Of a stretch of DNA of 64,000 bases, positions 62,726-64,000 are shown piece after piece. Position 1 is the first letter of the stretch. Each line of letters begins with the position of its first letter. Below the pieces are notes generated by a model, which was given only the letters and a program-made list of their open reading frames with translations, was not told the DNA's origin and searched no databases. Source of the stretch: Zygnema circumcarinatum SAG 698-1b (taxonomy: Eukaryota > Plantae > Zygnematophyceae). The stretch lies in assembly GCA_037447605.1 (NCBI GenBank), contig CM074816.1:821873-885872 (forward strand), read 5' to 3'. Made by a program: the position numbers and the translations under genes.

Positions 62726-64000
62726 ATGGCGGTGAGGGGAGGGAGAAAGGAGAGGGGGAGAGGGAGGGGGAGGGGGAGGGGGAGGAAGGTGGACCTCGAG
62801 GAGGAGGTTCTATGGAGGAGTGCGATTCCGTTGTGTTCGAGGCTGCGGAGGAGGTGCGTTACTTTTTTTTTCGGTTGCTTTAGGGTTGGGAAACAGCCAG
62901 CATTTGGCATTTGGAAGTTCTCGGATCAAGATTTTAGGATTTCTAGAGGTTGTAGGGTTTGAGGGGGCAGGGACTCAGGGTTTGCACGATGCTATTGTCC
63001 CAGTTTTCTGGTACCTTTGGAGGGATCCGTCAAATTGTGATTCAGTCTAGTTGGTCATAGCGATGGTTACAACTTTGCATATAGTAATAAGCATTTCTAA
63101 TGTAGTAGGTCGACCTACAATGACAACAATATTCCATGTTCACGCAAAATTGAATTATGGAAGTCCCTTTGATGCTGGCAAATGAAACTTGAGTCTCTTC
63201 TACAGTTGGGAAACTTATCGATCTTTTTAAGTATCATTGCACGTGCAGCCAATGCGCGATATATCCATATTGAATATTGTTTTTTCCTTCTGCCTCCCTT
63301 CTTTTCATCTCAGCTTCTTTCTGGATTGGGCAGGCAGAGCGCGTAAAGCTTATAGCCCTTTCTCTCCGTGCCCGAGCAGAAATGTTTGATGCTGCCCTAA
63401 GCACAGCCACCTCGAAATCTGATCCGAGGGAGGCAAAGTTCAGCCATACACAGATCAGCGGGCACGACAAAATTTTCGGATGCGAATTTTGCCTGCCCGA
63501 ACTCCTAAGCATGCTGCCTGTGTTGGCTGGTCGCTTCCCTTCTGAGTTCACTCCAGGTCTGAACTCAAACCTCTTTACTCTGCCCGTCTTTCCCTTGCTA
63601 AGTTTTGTTCCATTTTATTCTATTACTTAAGGTCTTTCTGACTTCATTGGGTGTGGGCTCTGCATGCAGAACGACTGGTAAAGGGCCTCCTCCTTGCGCC
63701 ACATGGCGCCATCCTATTGGTCGCCACCCTGCTACAAATTAGGGTTTTGCGAAGCCCCTCCATCTCTCTCCTTGCCGCCATATCGGAGGCCCTTCTCCTA
63801 CACCCCTTCCCAAGGGTAGCTCCGCAGCCCACCCTAACCAGTGGTGTGGCGACACCTGGCACTGTTGCAGGGCCCGTGCGGCCGCCACATCATCAAGGGA
63901 GCACCTATCCGGTCTTGCCAGGTGGCAGCCAGGGAGCAGCCCACGTGGGCCCCACTACAGCACTGGGACAACAGCATATGCCAACCTCCGGAGGGGGAGG
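62726..64000 (+). CDS. 5' part of an unidentified multi-exon gene
   Basis: Candidate exons ~62726-62853 (RG-rich start), ~63311-63557 (..CEFCLPELLSMLPVL..), and from ~63669 (ERLVKGLLLAPHGAILLVATLLQI), with plausible splice sites. Confidence 0.5.

Noticed and set aside
1-64000. Prokaryotic features (operons, defence systems, rRNA)
   Set aside because: All recognisable genes are spliceosomal-intron-containing eukaryotic genes or eukaryotic TEs; no rRNA-like sequence was seen.

Overview
Eukaryotic, intron-rich plant-lineage DNA. A streptophyte alga such as a zygnematophyte is my inference from gene content and intron style. The window has several N-gaps and a noisy stretch at about 47.8-52.5 kb. 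Host genes: a secreted LRR/EGF/Pro-rich protein whose LRRs lie in a tandem array of 72-nt exons, a small Cys/His-rich protein, PEX1, a TOM2A-type tetraspanin, a COMT-like O-methyltransferase, UFSP2 and the start of an unidentified gene. Between 16 and 43 kb the locus is heavily rearranged. A tetraspanin-PEX1 block is duplicated in inverted orientation with reciprocal gene loss. One large gene (ricin-B, Pro-rich, LRR, EGF-like, papain, 2 EGF, 4 LysM) appears to be split into three pieces with compatible splice phases, on both strands and out of order. Mobile elements: two related Ty3/Gypsy elements (one with a chromodomain) that carry an unexplained ~150-aa domain before the protease, a TRIM family whose 130-bp LTRs contain a tRNA-like Pol III module, CRE/RLE-type LINE fragments, a hAT-like MITE, a MULE fragment and LTR debris. 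The strongest candidates for new biology are the tRNA-in-LTR TRIM, the modular hypervariable LRR exon array, the scrambled LRR-papain-LysM gene and the methyltransferase-like domain in Gypsy Pol. All family assignments are by eye; no database search was run.
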